Part shown: piece by piece, positions 1-10,618 of the stretch
Position numbering within the stretch: the stretch's first letter is position 1
How the letters are laid out: the number at the start of each line of letters is the position of its first letter
The notes under the pieces: model-generated
The model's database searches: none
Seen by the model: only the letters and a program-made list of their open reading frames with translations
What the model was told of the DNA's origin: nothing
Position numbers and translations under genes: made by a program
Virus record (IMG/VR): IMGVR_UViG_3300028840_002431
Location: 124,001 to 188,000 of that record
Reading direction: 5' to 3' (one strand)
Length of the DNA: 64,000 bases

Positions 1-49
1 ACGAGTTGCCGCGAGGTTCGCAGCCCGGAGCAGTTACCGGGTAGACCGG

Positions 50-643
50 ATGAGAGTCCGCAGGGCACTGAGAATCAATCACCCGGATGCTATAGAAGAC
101 TCCAAGAAATACCACGGCGGCTACTCCGTAGCCCGTTTCGAGCACGTCCCCATATCCAAAATCAAACTGCCGCCAATCTGGAAACCCTCAAGAGCCGTCA
201 GAATCAGAAAGGCGATTAAAGAGGGAAAGGCGTTACCGCCTATACACCTGGGACCCAATTACGAGATCTCCGACGGCATCCATAGAACCAATGTGTCTAA
301 AGAGTTTGGCTTTACCCACGTCCCCGCCATTATCACAGAGTGGGTAGAGACCCCCGATGAAATCGAATTACCCGAGCCTGAGAAACCTCGATTGGATGTT
401 GGAGACTGGGTCAAAACCCGCGAGAAGTGGGACGGACGGGAATACGGTTGGATCGAAGAACAACTCCTCTATGCTTTCGACAGAAGGGTAAAAAGATGGA
501 AGTACGCTGTGGCCTTGGTCAAGCGTGGGGACGACTGGCCCGACATTCTGGACCTGAGAGACTCAGAATTTGATCCGGCGCGAGTACCCTCCTGGGTCAA
601 GAAACATAGGCAGGACTGGATCAAGAAATACAAAGAGAGTTAG
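50..643 (+). CDS. ParB/Srx-like N-terminal domain protein
   Basis: LPPIHLGPNYEISDGIHRT matches the ParB/Srx 'P-I-x-V...DGxHR' motif. Confidence 0.65.
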   Translation: MRVRRALRINHPDAIEDSKKYHGGYSVARFEHVPISKIKLPPIWKPSRAVRIRKAIKEGKALPPIHLGPNYEISDGIHRTNVSKEFGFTHVPAIITEWVETPDEIELPEPEKPRLDVGDWVKTREKWDGREYGWIEEQLLYAFDRRVKRWKYAVALVKRGDDWPDILDLRDSEFDPARVPSWVKKHRQDWIKKYKES

Positions 644-867
644 TCCGGGTACTTACAGCCGTTCTTCTCCTGCCACTCCTCCATATCGTGAGCGAGCTTC
701 AAAGCCTCGTCAATTTTCCGACCGTCGATTCCAAGGTTGGACGCACGGTCGGCCCAGTACCTGATGACTCTGGGGGCCAGCCTGTCTTTGCCCCTGAGGA
801 CGAATACAGGTTCATCGTCGGCTACCCTGGAGAAACACCCGCGTTCGATTTCTTCTCGTTTGATCAT
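640..867 (-). CDS. Conserved phage hypothetical protein (DEPVFVLRGKD type)
   Basis: ORF with motif DDEPVFVLRGKDRLAP, last gene of a minus-strand operon. Confidence 0.6.
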   Translation of the reverse strand: MIKREEIERGCFSRVADDEPVFVLRGKDRLAPRVIRYWADRASNLGIDGRKIDEALKLAHDMEEWQEKNGCKYPD

Positions 868-876
868 AACGCCTTG

Positions 877-1710
877 CTACACCATCCTGTCTTCGTGTTT
901 GGCAGACAATAGATTATACCCTCTGGGCACGCTGTGGTTAAGTTTTATGAGCACCTTGGCCCGCTGTTCCCAGGACTCGTCGCCCCTAGGGTCGTAGCCA
1001 CGTACCCTGGACATCCAGAGTCTTACGGTCGTCCCGTCGATTATCCTGAAAACCCAACCCCAATATGTCCGGCCGTCCGGAGCATCGAGGTTGTGTTTCA
1101 CAGGCTGGCTCCCCTCGTAGTACAGCCAGTCAGACCCTATGTGCGGCAACTTGGCCGAGCCAATAGCGGCGTTCACATTCGTCTTAATGTTTGTCTTGTT
1201 TGAGACCCCCACGCTAGTGACTACGAACAGGGTTGATTTGTTGACTGTGCTTCGCTTGAAAAAGAAGGGCTTGTGGTAATCCCAAACGCCCTGGACTCTC
1301 TCCACGTAATCGATCAGTTCCTTTTCCAGATCCGTCAGGGTGTCCGGAGCCTCGTCAAACAAGCCTCCCATACTGACATCGTCGTCCATCCACGAAAGGT
1401 CTTCGTCCGATTCCTCTGGCTCTGGTTTGGCGGAACCAGGGTTAACAAAATTCTTGGCCAGCATCCGGTACTCCGTGATCTGGTGTGCGGACGACATGTG
1501 TTGAAGATGGTCCAGAAGACCCTCTACCGTCTCTAGGTAGAAGGTGTCGGCCTTCTTCTCCGTGTCAAAACCCCCGGCTCGAATGTCTTCGTGCAGTGCC
1601 CTTAGCTGCCTCGACACACTGTCGGAACTGAGGTCCTTCCAACTGCACGCGAGCGCCTTTATTAATGTCTTGCCGTACCTCGACCTGGGTCCAGTGTTCT
1701 CCTTCGCCAT
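877..1710 (-). CDS. Hypothetical protein
   Basis: 277-aa ORF with GGAGG-like RBS upstream. Confidence 0.7.
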   Translation of the reverse strand: MAKENTGPRSRYGKTLIKALACSWKDLSSDSVSRQLRALHEDIRAGGFDTEKKADTFYLETVEGLLDHLQHMSSAHQITEYRMLAKNFVNPGSAKPEPEESDEDLSWMDDDVSMGGLFDEAPDTLTDLEKELIDYVERVQGVWDYHKPFFFKRSTVNKSTLFVVTSVGVSNKTNIKTNVNAAIGSAKLPHIGSDWLYYEGSQPVKHNLDAPDGRTYWGWVFRIIDGTTVRLWMSRVRGYDPRGDESWEQRAKVLIKLNHSVPRGYNLLSAKHEDRMV

Positions 1711-1858
1711 TGCTTCCCTCCATTCACAGATTTCATCTTCGCTTTCATTTCGTTCTTCGCTTCTTCCACAACGTCCAAGCTACACCGCATAAGACGGCAA
1801 ACAGAAGCGCCCCTTGGACAGCTAGGAGCACCATGGCGGACATAACAAGTAATTCCAT

Positions 1859-2197
1859 CTATTCTTTTGCCGCGTCTTCCGCTTTCAGGATGTCTAGCCA
1901 CCTCCGGATCTTGGCAAAATGCTCTTCGTCGCCTCCGTGCAACATTAGCTGAAACCTAAAACACAACTCAGCGAACCCGGCCCTTATGACGAACAGATAG
2001 AACTCGTCCTCTGTCACGCCATCAGGCAATCTGACATTAAACCTGCCCACGTGGATTTCATCGGAGGCGTCCTCAAAGATAGCTTCGGGCCACTTTCCAC
2101 GGATCTCCGCCTGTAGCTCCACTCTATGCTCGCCGCCATAGACGAGTTCTTCTATAGCTTTAGGTCCGGGTTCAGTAGTTTCGCATGAGGGGCACAT
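1859..2197 (-). CDS. Hypothetical protein
   Basis: ORF in a minus-strand operon. Confidence 0.55.
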   Translation of the reverse strand: MCPSCETTEPGPKAIEELVYGGEHRVELQAEIRGKWPEAIFEDASDEIHVGRFNVRLPDGVTEDEFYLFVIRAGFAELCFRFQLMLHGGDEEHFAKIRRWLDILKAEDAAKE

Positions 2198-2382
2198 ACT
2201 CGTCCTTTGAAATCCGGGGCTTCAACCTCGTAACTATGTACCTCGCAGAGCGGTGCTCCGCACGTTTGTCCTGCCTTCTCACCCCTGAGGGGGTATTCAC
2301 AACCGATGACCGCCCTGCCGCCACACCGTTTACACGGCGTTGACGGCTTACGGTCACAAGCAAAAATTGTCACCTTGGTCAT
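2152..2382 (-). CDS. Small Cys/His zinc-finger protein
   Basis: CxxC...C...C...CxxH...CxxH pattern. Confidence 0.55.
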   Translation of the reverse strand: MTKVTIFACDRKPSTPCKRCGGRAVIGCEYPLRGEKAGQTCGAPLCEVHSYEVEAPDFKGRVCAPHAKLLNPDLKL

Positions 2383-2619
2383 CTACTCCTCTTTCCGTAC
2401 GTGATCCCACAAGTTCTTATCAGGGCCTGGAGTCTTTTTACGCGACCGTTTCTCTCTTTTTGGGGCGGCCTCTAGGCTTTCGCACTCCCCGGCTGGCCTG
2501 ACGGTGCCGTAAGAGTCCTTGGCCATCAAAACGCCGTCCTCGTCAACGAAGATCACTATGTGCCCAACGTCGGGGGTGGTGACGGAAGCGGCAGACTGTT
2601 TTCGTAATTGTAACGGCAT
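2383..2619 (-). CDS. LWDH-tagged small protein
   Basis: Ends KNLWDHVRKEE. Confidence 0.7.
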   Translation of the reverse strand: MPLQLRKQSAASVTTPDVGHIVIFVDEDGVLMAKDSYGTVRPAGECESLEAAPKREKRSRKKTPGPDKNLWDHVRKEE

Positions 2620-2634
2620 CCGAACCTATTAAAA

Positions 2635-2817
2635 CCCTACACGCCATGTTGCCCCGTGGTCCTCCCAGCTACCAGAACTTAACGACTGGGTAGGGCGACG
2701 TGTAGGGGTGGCTTTCGCCTTGCATATAAGGACATCCGAGCAACGGTCCCACGTGAGCGTTCTTAGGTAGGAATGTTCAGCCTTACATTAGGGAGGAACC
2801 GTCGGAAGGAGCCTTAT
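2635..2817 (+). ncRNA. Candidate structured ncRNA (two nested-stem domains)
   Basis: Nested inverted repeats 2635-2707 and 2726-2817 with G-U pairs on the + strand; no ORF. Confidence 0.45.
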
Positions 2818-2962
2818 CTCCACACTACACCAAAAAAAATTAGAACCCCACGCCACCTAGGCTACCAAAGACAGGGGACGGCGTGGGGGACGAACGTTTG
2901 ACTCTCTGTCCGGGGGAGCCACGCGCTTGTCGTTAAACGCTACACCAAAAATGGAAAACCCG

Positions 2963-3337
2963 TTACCTCACGCTCTTGTTAGATTCCGTTATCGCCCTTG
3001 GCTTACCATCCAACTCTTCCACCTGCTCCGGTGTCCCCCATTCTTTCAGCAACGAATAGCACGAGAACCTAGGCCCGTACGCGCTGTTGATCATCCAATG
3101 AGCAAGTTGATAGTAAGGCACCTGGATATCAGCCGAACATATCTCGACGTGTTTTGGGTGGTGTTCTCGCATGTGGGTGTCCAGCCTGTTGGGGAACAAC
3201 CAATTGACCTCGCCCGAACACTGGTAAGAAGTTGCGTGGTTTTTGAGAAACCACTTGATGAACAATGTTGCGGCCAACCGTATATACCACGGGGCTTTGA
3301 TCCAATCATTGCCGTCGATAACAAGCTCTTGGGCCAT
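2963..3337 (-). CDS. Hypothetical protein
   Basis: ORF starting just downstream of the 3340-3795 stop. Confidence 0.5.
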   Translation of the reverse strand: MAQELVIDGNDWIKAPWYIRLAATLFIKWFLKNHATSYQCSGEVNWLFPNRLDTHMREHHPKHVEICSADIQVPYYQLAHWMINSAYGPRFSCYSLLKEWGTPEQVEELDGKPRAITESNKSVR

Positions 3338-3339
3338 GC

Positions 3340-3795
3340 CTATCCTATTGAGAGATTCCCGCCTGGGTAATCTTCGATGAGTTGATCCATATCTGAGTAA
3401 GCTTTGAGGTCCCACTCTTCGGCGTGCTTTTCCTCGCCGTCGGCCCCGGAACTCTCCCCAGGAATCCGGAATATGACATTACAGGTTTCCAGCCATTCGA
3501 GGTCGAGCGCGGTCCAGAACTCCCGCTCCCTAGGCCGGATGAGGTCCCAGAAGAAGTAGAGGTGTGGGAGAAAGACCAGGAATCCGGCGTCCCGTAACTG
3601 TTCTGCCACCTGAACGGCGTTCCGGATGTTATTGCCCATACTGCCGGACGAAAACATCGGCCCGGCTACGAAAACCTTACACTTATTGTTGAGATCCACC
3701 CGCTGGCGAAGCTTGTCCTTCGTCGTGGTCAAATCCTTTTTGAGCCGTTCGATTTCCTCGATCAGTTCGCTTCTACCTACCGACGCATAGTCCAT
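3340..3795 (-). CDS. Nucleoside 2-deoxyribosyltransferase-like (DUF4406-type) protein
   Basis: KVFVAGPM...FLPHL...LEWLETCNVIFRIPGESSGADGE motifs. Confidence 0.7.
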   Translation of the reverse strand: MDYASVGRSELIEEIERLKKDLTTTKDKLRQRVDLNNKCKVFVAGPMFSSGSMGNNIRNAVQVAEQLRDAGFLVFLPHLYFFWDLIRPREREFWTALDLEWLETCNVIFRIPGESSGADGEEKHAEEWDLKAYSDMDQLIEDYPGGNLSIG

Positions 3796-3838
3796 ACCCT
3801 TGAATACACCGAAATTCCTTCGATTGGTTCCTATGGGT

Positions 3839-4087
3839 ATGAGCTATTCTTACGACCACAGAACCGCCCGCAAGGCCCCCAAGCTGCCCAGAGGGAAATG
3901 GGAGGTCGGGGGTAAAACCGTCGCTAACGAGAAAGCCGCGATCCAAGCGGCTGTCCAACAATCCATGAGCGGGGGTGGTAAGACCGTCAAGATCTACGAA
4001 CAGAGAGATGCGGTCGGCGGTGTGGAAGGCACCCGTGGCTACAGCGTCACAGTTAAAAGTATCTCCAGAAAAGCTCCGAGACGGTGA
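3839..4087 (+). CDS. YSYD-leader protein
   Basis: Starts MSYSYDHRTA. Confidence 0.65.
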   Translation: MSYSYDHRTARKAPKLPRGKWEVGGKTVANEKAAIQAAVQQSMSGGGKTVKIYEQRDAVGGVEGTRGYSVTVKSISRKAPRR

Positions 4088-4350
4088 GCACACGGAAATA
4101 TCAACGGAAGTGGCCCAACCTGAGCCTGAAGGCCAACGCTATCAAAAGCGCCTTGTCGGACGGCCGTACCACCGTTTACGTGAAAGGGCGGACCGACCGT
4201 ATCCGCCCCCAGCTAAGGGCCGTCGGAGCGAAATGGATTGGGGTCCAACGGGCTTGGGCCATGAGTACAGACGCCGCTGACGAACTATTCGAGAAGCTAG
4301 ACACTTTGGAGACCGAGAGGACAGCGGCGTATTCATACGATCGTCGATAA
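4084..4350 (+). CDS. Small protein with C-terminal YSYDRR motif
   Basis: GTGA overlap with the previous gene; ends AAYSYDRR. Confidence 0.6.
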   Translation: MSTRKYQRKWPNLSLKANAIKSALSDGRTTVYVKGRTDRIRPQLRAVGAKWIGVQRAWAMSTDAADELFEKLDTLETERTAAYSYDRR

Positions 4351-4390
4351 CACTCCCAGGTGTAGAGTTTCTATCGGACACCGGTAATGA

Positions 4391-5236
4391 ATGAGGAGGA
4401 ATGTTATGGGCGAGTACCGCTGGAAACAAAAAGGCTCCGAGGTCGTAAAGCTTCAAGACGCTCTCATAGCCAAAGGGTATTCTTTACCCAAGTACGGGGC
4501 CGACGGAGACCTGGGTAAAGAGACGTGGAGTAAGGTTGAAGCCTACGCCAAAGTAGACCAGTTCCCGACGAACAAACCGTTACCGTTAGAGGTGACGGAC
4601 GAGATACTGGGCATCAAGAGTGAGCCGCCCGGAGATTTCGACTACCCCGAAGGCTATGTCAGAGTGGACGGGGACCCCAACGATAACCACGGGACACGCT
4701 CGTGGACTCAAATCAACACCATCATGATCCACCAGACGGGCGTCTGGATGACCGACACCCCAGAGCGTTTCAAGACATTGAATGCTCACGTTGGCATCCT
4801 GAAGAACCACGAAACACCTATCGTTCAGACGCAGCCCCTGACAGCCTACTGCTACCACGGGAATGAAGCCAACAAGTTCACCATCGGCATCGAGATCAAT
4901 GGAGCCTTCCCCGGACTCATAAAGCGCTACGACTCAGAAAAACATTCAGCCGAAGGTCCGTCAGCCGGTCAGATCGAATCGACCCGTAGGTGCCTCCAAT
5001 GGCTCATGGACGAAATCGAGGCCCATGGCGGTAAGATTCAACACATCATACCGCACCGGGTTTCCAACGACACTCGAAGAGGAGATCCCGGAGAGGTTGC
5101 CTGGAAGGCTATCGGTGTTTGGGCGCAACAGGAGTTGGGTCTAACTGATATGGGGCCGGGATGGACGATTGGAGATGGGACTCCGATCCCGTACGAATGG
5201 GACGGCCGACCCGTCTACAAGAAGTACAAGTACTAG
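4391..5236 (+). CDS. Endolysin: peptidoglycan-binding domain + N-acetylmuramoyl-L-alanine amidase (Amidase_2-like)
   Basis: KGSEVVKLQDAL...GADGDLGKET (PG_binding_1); IHQT, HGNEANKFTIGIEING, PHR, DPG amidase motifs. Confidence 0.85.
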   Translation: MRRNVMGEYRWKQKGSEVVKLQDALIAKGYSLPKYGADGDLGKETWSKVEAYAKVDQFPTNKPLPLEVTDEILGIKSEPPGDFDYPEGYVRVDGDPNDNHGTRSWTQINTIMIHQTGVWMTDTPERFKTLNAHVGILKNHETPIVQTQPLTAYCYHGNEANKFTIGIEINGAFPGLIKRYDSEKHSAEGPSAGQIESTRRCLQWLMDEIEAHGGKIQHIIPHRVSNDTRRGDPGEVAWKAIGVWAQQELGLTDMGPGWTIGDGTPIPYEWDGRPVYKKYKY

Positions 5237-5427
5237 ACTTCTTCCCACCCCTTCTTGAGACACGTTCTCTTATGCAGAACATGAAGCTCCTCACGCGGGA
5301 TCTTCATGTCAAGGAGGGCTAACATCAACGCTGTGCTCAGTTCTTCTTTCGACTGACAGGCGTTGAATAAGCGTTCGAGGCCGTCGTACCGGTCCCGGTC
5401 AGATGGTTGATAGTCGTCTCCATACAT
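5233..5427 (-). CDS. Hypothetical protein
   Basis: ORF preceded by a GGTGTA promoter-like motif. Confidence 0.5.
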   Translation of the reverse strand: MYGDDYQPSDRDRYDGLERLFNACQSKEELSTALMLALLDMKIPREELHVLHKRTCLKKGWEEV

Positions 5428-5623
5428 ACAGGAGCACTACACCACCTGTTAGTAGAGCCGGTGTCCGCCAAAAACCTCCTGGCAAACCGGCGACCCAGGA
5501 GCGAAAGGACAGCATGTGAGGTAAAAGAGGTAGCACACGATACCCGAGGCCCCCTCACACGCTAACGCCTTGACGGAAACGCCTTTTACTTAGCCGGGCC
5601 TCTTCGCACGAAGCACAAAGATA

Positions 5624-6376
5624 CTAACCGTTCGCCTTCACGTCAACAGCGACCTTGCTCAACTTTATGGTCGCCGTACAGAACGGCTCTTTTGCGTCAA
5701 GTTTCAACTCGACGACCTCCACACCCGACATCTTTTCGCCATCCGGTCCATACACTTCCGCGTCTACTGCCCGCCCAGTGGGACAAACAACTCGATATGA
5801 TTGGGTCTTTTCTGACACACCCATAACCTCCTTGAAAAGCAAATTGGGGTCTCCCGGCTCGATCTCCTCCTCAGGCTCGTTGGGGTCAGGCCATACCTGT
5901 TCCCCGTGAAGAGTCAGAACGCACCGCAGTTGTTTCAGAACCTTATCGACTCTCTCGTCTTCCAAGGATAGGAGGGCAACCATCGTGCAGAACCCGTAGT
6001 CCACGTACCCCTGGCTCTGCTCGTATTCATACTCTTTGCCTCTGAGAGCGAATCGTACCGGAGGTAACGTGGAGACCCCTACCGGACCGGACCAACTGGT
6101 TGGCCCGGTAGGCCCTACCGGTCCCGTGGGTCCCGTCGAGCCAGTTGCTCCGTCGAAGCCTCGTTCAAAGGAGACCGAGACTCCCGTATCTCCCCCCTCT
6201 TCTTCCACGGTCTGGATCGTCTCTAGAATATCGTTAACTCTCTCCCTAAGCTCTTCTTCGAGGGTCGGCTCGCTAAAGACGGTGTCATCGGGAACTTCTT
6301 CTAGCGGCTCCATCCGCACAAGATCCCGCAAACGATCCAGGGGAGTGTCTTCGTTATTGTCTTCGGGCGGGGGCAT
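5624..6376 (-). CDS. Acidic protein with short collagen-like (G-P-T) stretch
   Basis: GATGSTGPTGPVGPTGPT; GGTGTA motif upstream. Confidence 0.65.
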   Translation of the reverse strand: MPPPEDNNEDTPLDRLRDLVRMEPLEEVPDDTVFSEPTLEEELRERVNDILETIQTVEEEGGDTGVSVSFERGFDGATGSTGPTGPVGPTGPTSWSGPVGVSTLPPVRFALRGKEYEYEQSQGYVDYGFCTMVALLSLEDERVDKVLKQLRCVLTLHGEQVWPDPNEPEEEIEPGDPNLLFKEVMGVSEKTQSYRVVCPTGRAVDAEVYGPDGEKMSGVEVVELKLDAKEPFCTATIKLSKVAVDVKANG

Positions 6377-6419
6377 TTGAGTAACCTACACCAAAAGTAG
6401 TTTCGGTGTACTTTAGAGC

Positions 6420-6650
6420 ATGGGCCGTCCAAGAGCTAACGAAATGGTTGAACTCCGAAAACCGTCATCGCTCTTCCCTGCCGACACCAGATGGAAAGTA
6501 ACGGCCCGGTATACCGTACAAGTCAGCCCGAGAAAGAATCTCGATTGCGTCCGCGTCCACGGTTACTTCGGCAACGGGTACACACTGCACCTGAGCGAGG
6601 CAGAGTTCAAGCGCCTATTCAAGAAAGAACATGCACGTTCTAAAAGGTAA
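6420..6650 (+). CDS. Hypothetical protein
   Basis: CGGTG-TACTTT ends 5 nt before the ATG. Confidence 0.6.
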   Translation: MGRPRANEMVELRKPSSLFPADTRWKVTARYTVQVSPRKNLDCVRVHGYFGNGYTLHLSEAEFKRLFKKEHARSKR

Positions 6651-6921
6651 ATACCGGCACTTCAAAGGTGGAGAGTACCTTGTTATCGGGGAAGCCCGAC
6701 ACTCTGAGACGGGCGAAGACCTCGTAATCTACTGCGAGACCCACGGCCAGGAACGGACATGGGCCAGACCCAAACACATGTTCTTTGAGAAAGTCGAATT
6801 TGACACTCCCAACGGCCGAGCACGGCAACAACGATTCGTCTACGTTGGGGACGATATGAGAAAAGAGTACGACTTCGAGAACATGGAAGGCGAGGCGAAC
6901 CCATTCGCAAGGAAGCGTTAG
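6631..6921 (+). CDS. DUF1653-family protein
   Basis: GKYRHFKGGEYLVIGEARHSETGEDLVIY...WARP signature. Confidence 0.8.
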   Translation: MHVLKGKYRHFKGGEYLVIGEARHSETGEDLVIYCETHGQERTWARPKHMFFEKVEFDTPNGRARQQRFVYVGDDMRKEYDFENMEGEANPFARKR

Positions 6922-6947
6922 GAACCTTTTAATGGCCCCCCAAGGGT

Positions 6948-7163
6948 ATGGTGTATTCCTACGACCGGCGCGTAGGCTTCTTCCCTCCCCCACGAGACGT
7001 ACGGGAGTGGTGGAGAAAACTCCCTCGACGCCTTCAAAGAACCGTGGTCCGGGAACTACGGCTTAGCTCCCACGACATGGATGACTGGGACGAGGTGGAC
7101 TGGGAGACCCTCACGGATTATTACACCCGCACGGAAGTAGGAACTCGCGGCCGACAACGCTAA
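6948..7163 (+). CDS. YSYD-leader protein
   Basis: Starts MVYSYDRR. Confidence 0.65.
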   Translation: MVYSYDRRVGFFPPPRDVREWWRKLPRRLQRTVVRELRLSSHDMDDWDEVDWETLTDYYTRTEVGTRGRQR

Positions 7164-7660
7164 CTGTCCTTGAGACAGTCGTACAGAGTTATCTGCACCG
7201 CTGGGACTTCAATCCCACGGATGAAATTCAGACAGTTGCCGAAGTTGTTAGCGTCGGTCGTATTTGTATAAGGGTAGTGGTTCTTAAACCACTCCCGCAC
7301 CATGCTATGGTCCACGATCAAACTCGTGGCTTCGAAAAAAGCAACGAGAAGCCCGTTGAGCCTCACGAACTCGAACTCGACCATAATGGCAGTCTTGGAC
7401 TTCCGAAGGCTTAGCTGCCCGACCTGGATGAAGAAACCAGGAAGTTTCGCCTCTTCCCACTCGACGTACCCCTGTCTCTTATTCTCTTGCCACAGAAGAT
7501 GCCGCTCGCACCTCGTGGCCTCCACGAAATAGACAACGTCGTCGAGCACAGAAGTGTCAACATCGACCAGCGATACTGTAACGTTGTCTACAGGCATTGA
7601 TTTACCGGTGTCCGCCAATTGCCCTGGCAGACCGGCGATCCAGGGTTGAGGTTTGTACAC
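7160..7660 (-). CDS. Hypothetical protein with variant tag (TLYDCL)
   Basis: Ends ITLYDCLKDS. Confidence 0.6.
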   Translation of the reverse strand: MYKPQPWIAGLPGQLADTGKSMPVDNVTVSLVDVDTSVLDDVVYFVEATRCERHLLWQENKRQGYVEWEEAKLPGFFIQVGQLSLRKSKTAIMVEFEFVRLNGLLVAFFEATSLIVDHSMVREWFKNHYPYTNTTDANNFGNCLNFIRGIEVPAVQITLYDCLKDS

Positions 7661-7812
7661 GGTGTCACAAACAGGGGGTGACTAACCCTTGAGGCCCACC
7701 GGTACGAACGCATCAGCGGAAACGTCAAATCGCACGGCCTCGTCAATATATTACACCGCTTGGCGGAATAGGCAATTAGGAGTATCCTCGCTGAGCGGTG
7801 TAATAATACAGG

Positions 7813-10285
7813 ATGCTAACAATCTCTGACGCTTTCAAAGCTGGACACATGCGGCTCCGCAGGGAACCCTGGAACCCCTTTGCCCATATCGAACTAATCC
7901 GTGCCGGGGACGGTCACGCCATTTGGGTCAAGCTCCACGATGTTACCCAGATGGTGGAAAGCACGGAACCCCAACAGGTGCCGCTCATGCCTCCCTACGA
8001 CGACGGGACCGCTGTCTGGGAGCCGTGGACGCCCACAGACGAGATCAAGAAACTCCAACCGGGCGTTGACTGGGCTTATTACGAAAAAGACATCTAACAT
8101 GACTCTCGACCACATACAGTCCGTAGCAGAGTATTACTGCACCTTGTTCCGCAAGAACAACATCAAGGCCGTCAACCGCAACGAAGAACTAGGCACATAC
8201 TTCGACGGTGATGTTAGATTCGACCCGGCTTTCGAGCACGCACACTGGATGTGCCAACAACTGTCCCGGATGACGGACTTCGAGAAAGCCAACCGCTGGC
8301 TAGGATTCGTCCAAGGTGTTCTGTGGACCGGCTCGTTCCGGTCCATAACACAAATGAGAGAGGACAACCGTACCGTATGACTCAAGACTTACAGCAACAA
8401 TTCAGCGAAGCGGCCATGGAGTTGAACCTTCAACTCGACAAGGCGTTCACCGTCATAAGAGAACACAAGCTGGGAGTACCGGCGCTGATCAACGCGGACG
8501 GTTATGAGGTCGGCCTCGATAAAGTCCGGGGCCAGTGGCAGTTCTACTACGCGGAAGATGGGATGAAAAAAGCCATGCACTCAGCCCCCATCCTGGCTCG
8601 AATTGCTCTCGCCAATAATCTAGAAGCACTGTGGGGGCAGATTTTACTCAACTACGGGGCAAAACGAGAGGCTATTATAGAGGCGGCCCGCAAAGCCGCA
8701 GATTTCTGCTCCGCCATGGAGGCACAAGATGACAGTGTATGAGTTAGAAAGGCATATGATCCCATGGGACGGGAACAACCCTCCTGAGGTCCCGCAGATT
8801 GTAATAGACGCTCTGGGAGAACCTTTAGAACAGGCCGTGAAGTCAGGCCCTATCGGTGTCGGACACACGGAAGAGACTGGTTGGTTTATCCTGATGTCTG
8901 GCCAAGGCCCCTTCATATTCTGGATGGAAAAAGAGGACGAAGGCCAGTACAGTCAGGCCAACGACGGCCGACGCGATGCCTGGGTTCGCGCACGCCCGTG
9001 AAGAAGAAGCAAACACTAGCTAAACTCCACAACGAGTTCGTGGTCCATGTGAACCGCGACCGTGGAATGAACACCATCTCAGTCCCGCTCTGCGGTCTAT
9101 GTGGTAACAACGGTATTATTAAGACCAAATGGCACCCACCGTGGACGGAGATGGAAACCGACTACGACTCTTACGAGTTAGAAGGCTACTGCATCTGTAA
9201 GAACGGTCGCGAGATGCGAAAAAAGGCGGTAGGGTCAAGATGGGGAGGCACCTCGATCACGAGAGTTCCTCTGGGGTGTAGCCCGCAAGAAGAAGTAGAA
9301 GAGCCAGAGAAAGAAGACGAAAACCCCAAAGATTTCTGGGACCACGTGAAGACGGAAGACTGATGGTAACAAAAGACCAATTGGAAGACTTGAAAAAGAA
9401 GCTCTCGAAGAAACTACCGTGGTGGCAGCCATTCGTGTCCCGCGAGAGGTTCGAGGCGACCCGACACATAGCCCGGCTTCTAGTCATGGAACTGGAAGAC
9501 GAGAGGAGCGGCGTCTGGAAGGACGTTGAGTAGTGCCGAAGGTGTGCAAACCTGACTGCCGGTTTCTATCACCAACGGAGGCAGAGCAAGAAATGATGAT
9601 AAAGCCGTGGCCGCCCCACATGTGCCGAAAATACAACCAACGGGTGCGGCACGTGGGGTACTTATACCCTGGAGAGGGAACCCATCCGGATTTGCTCGCT
9701 CTCCCTGAGTGCGACGGTATCGAGAACACGCTATGGGATCATCTGATGGAAAACTAAGGCTCTGGTGGTGCGGTTGGAACGTCCCCTTCAACATCCCACC
9801 TGAGGACATGCTCGAAGACTGGCCTTACGACATGCAAGGCTGGCACACGGGAGAAGGAAACGACTACTCGACATGGACCGGTGCCGTCTGGGCAGAAACC
9901 GACTCCGCAGCCACTGAGACCGTCTTGTCTTGTTATGGGGCGTCCAGTGATCAAATAACCTTACGCTGGCCACCCCGGCTCCAAGATGACGACTTCACAC
10001 CCGGCGACCGCTTCCCTGACTTCACCCTTAAGAAGCCCACTGGGCCGCCGCCTGAACCAATCAATCTATGGGACCACCTACAAAATGAGTGACAAACCAA
10101 AAGCTGGCCACATGACGCTGCCCAACCGGTTCGTCGGTCATTTGCTTCGAGATTTCGTGGACATCCGACGAGGCGTCGGCATGGACGACGCCGATATACA
10201 AGGGCAATTAGAGGCCCTGACCAACCACACGAAGGTGCCGACCACACTGTTACCCGCGATTCTCAAGATGGCGTTCAAAGAGTAA
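7813..10285 (+). other. Operon of about 9 small hypothetical ORFs (7813-8097, 8099-8380, 8377-8742, 8729-9001, 8998-9363, 9363-9533, 9533-9757, ~9709-10092, 10085-10285), three LWDH-tagged
   Basis: Stop/start overlaps; tags DFWDHV, TLWDHL, NLWDHL. Confidence 0.65.
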
Positions 10286-10321
10286 AGATTTAGTATGGCT
10301 CTCTTGATTATAGGAGACGCC

Positions 10322-10618
10322 ATGAGCAACCCCAGGAAAGCTTACGAAGAGGCTATCAAAACCGGCCGTGAGTTGAACTTCAAAATCGTAGAGCACGCGG
10401 CCCGAGCAATAAAAGACTACGCCAAGGACCTGGACACCGCCGCGACCTTCGAGGATCACGCCAAGGTCTATATGACCATGGCTCGCATCTGCGACAACTT
10501 GGAATCAGCGGCCAAGGCGTCATCCGTGAGCGAGAAACCAGCCCGCCTTTTGGCCAACGCCAGCGCTACCCTTGATGCGTTGGCCAAGCTGCGTAAAAGG
10601 GAAGAAGGCATCCTATGA
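10322..10618 (+). CDS. NPRKA-leader protein
   Basis: Starts MSNPRKAYEEA; AGGAG RBS. Confidence 0.7.
   Translation: MSNPRKAYEEAIKTGRELNFKIVEHAARAIKDYAKDLDTAATFEDHAKVYMTMARICDNLESAAKASSVSEKPARLLANASATLDALAKLRKREEGIL

Noticed and set aside
6080-6150. Collagen-like tail fibre gene
   Set aside because: Only about six G-X-Y triplets in an acidic 250-aa protein; too short to support the call.
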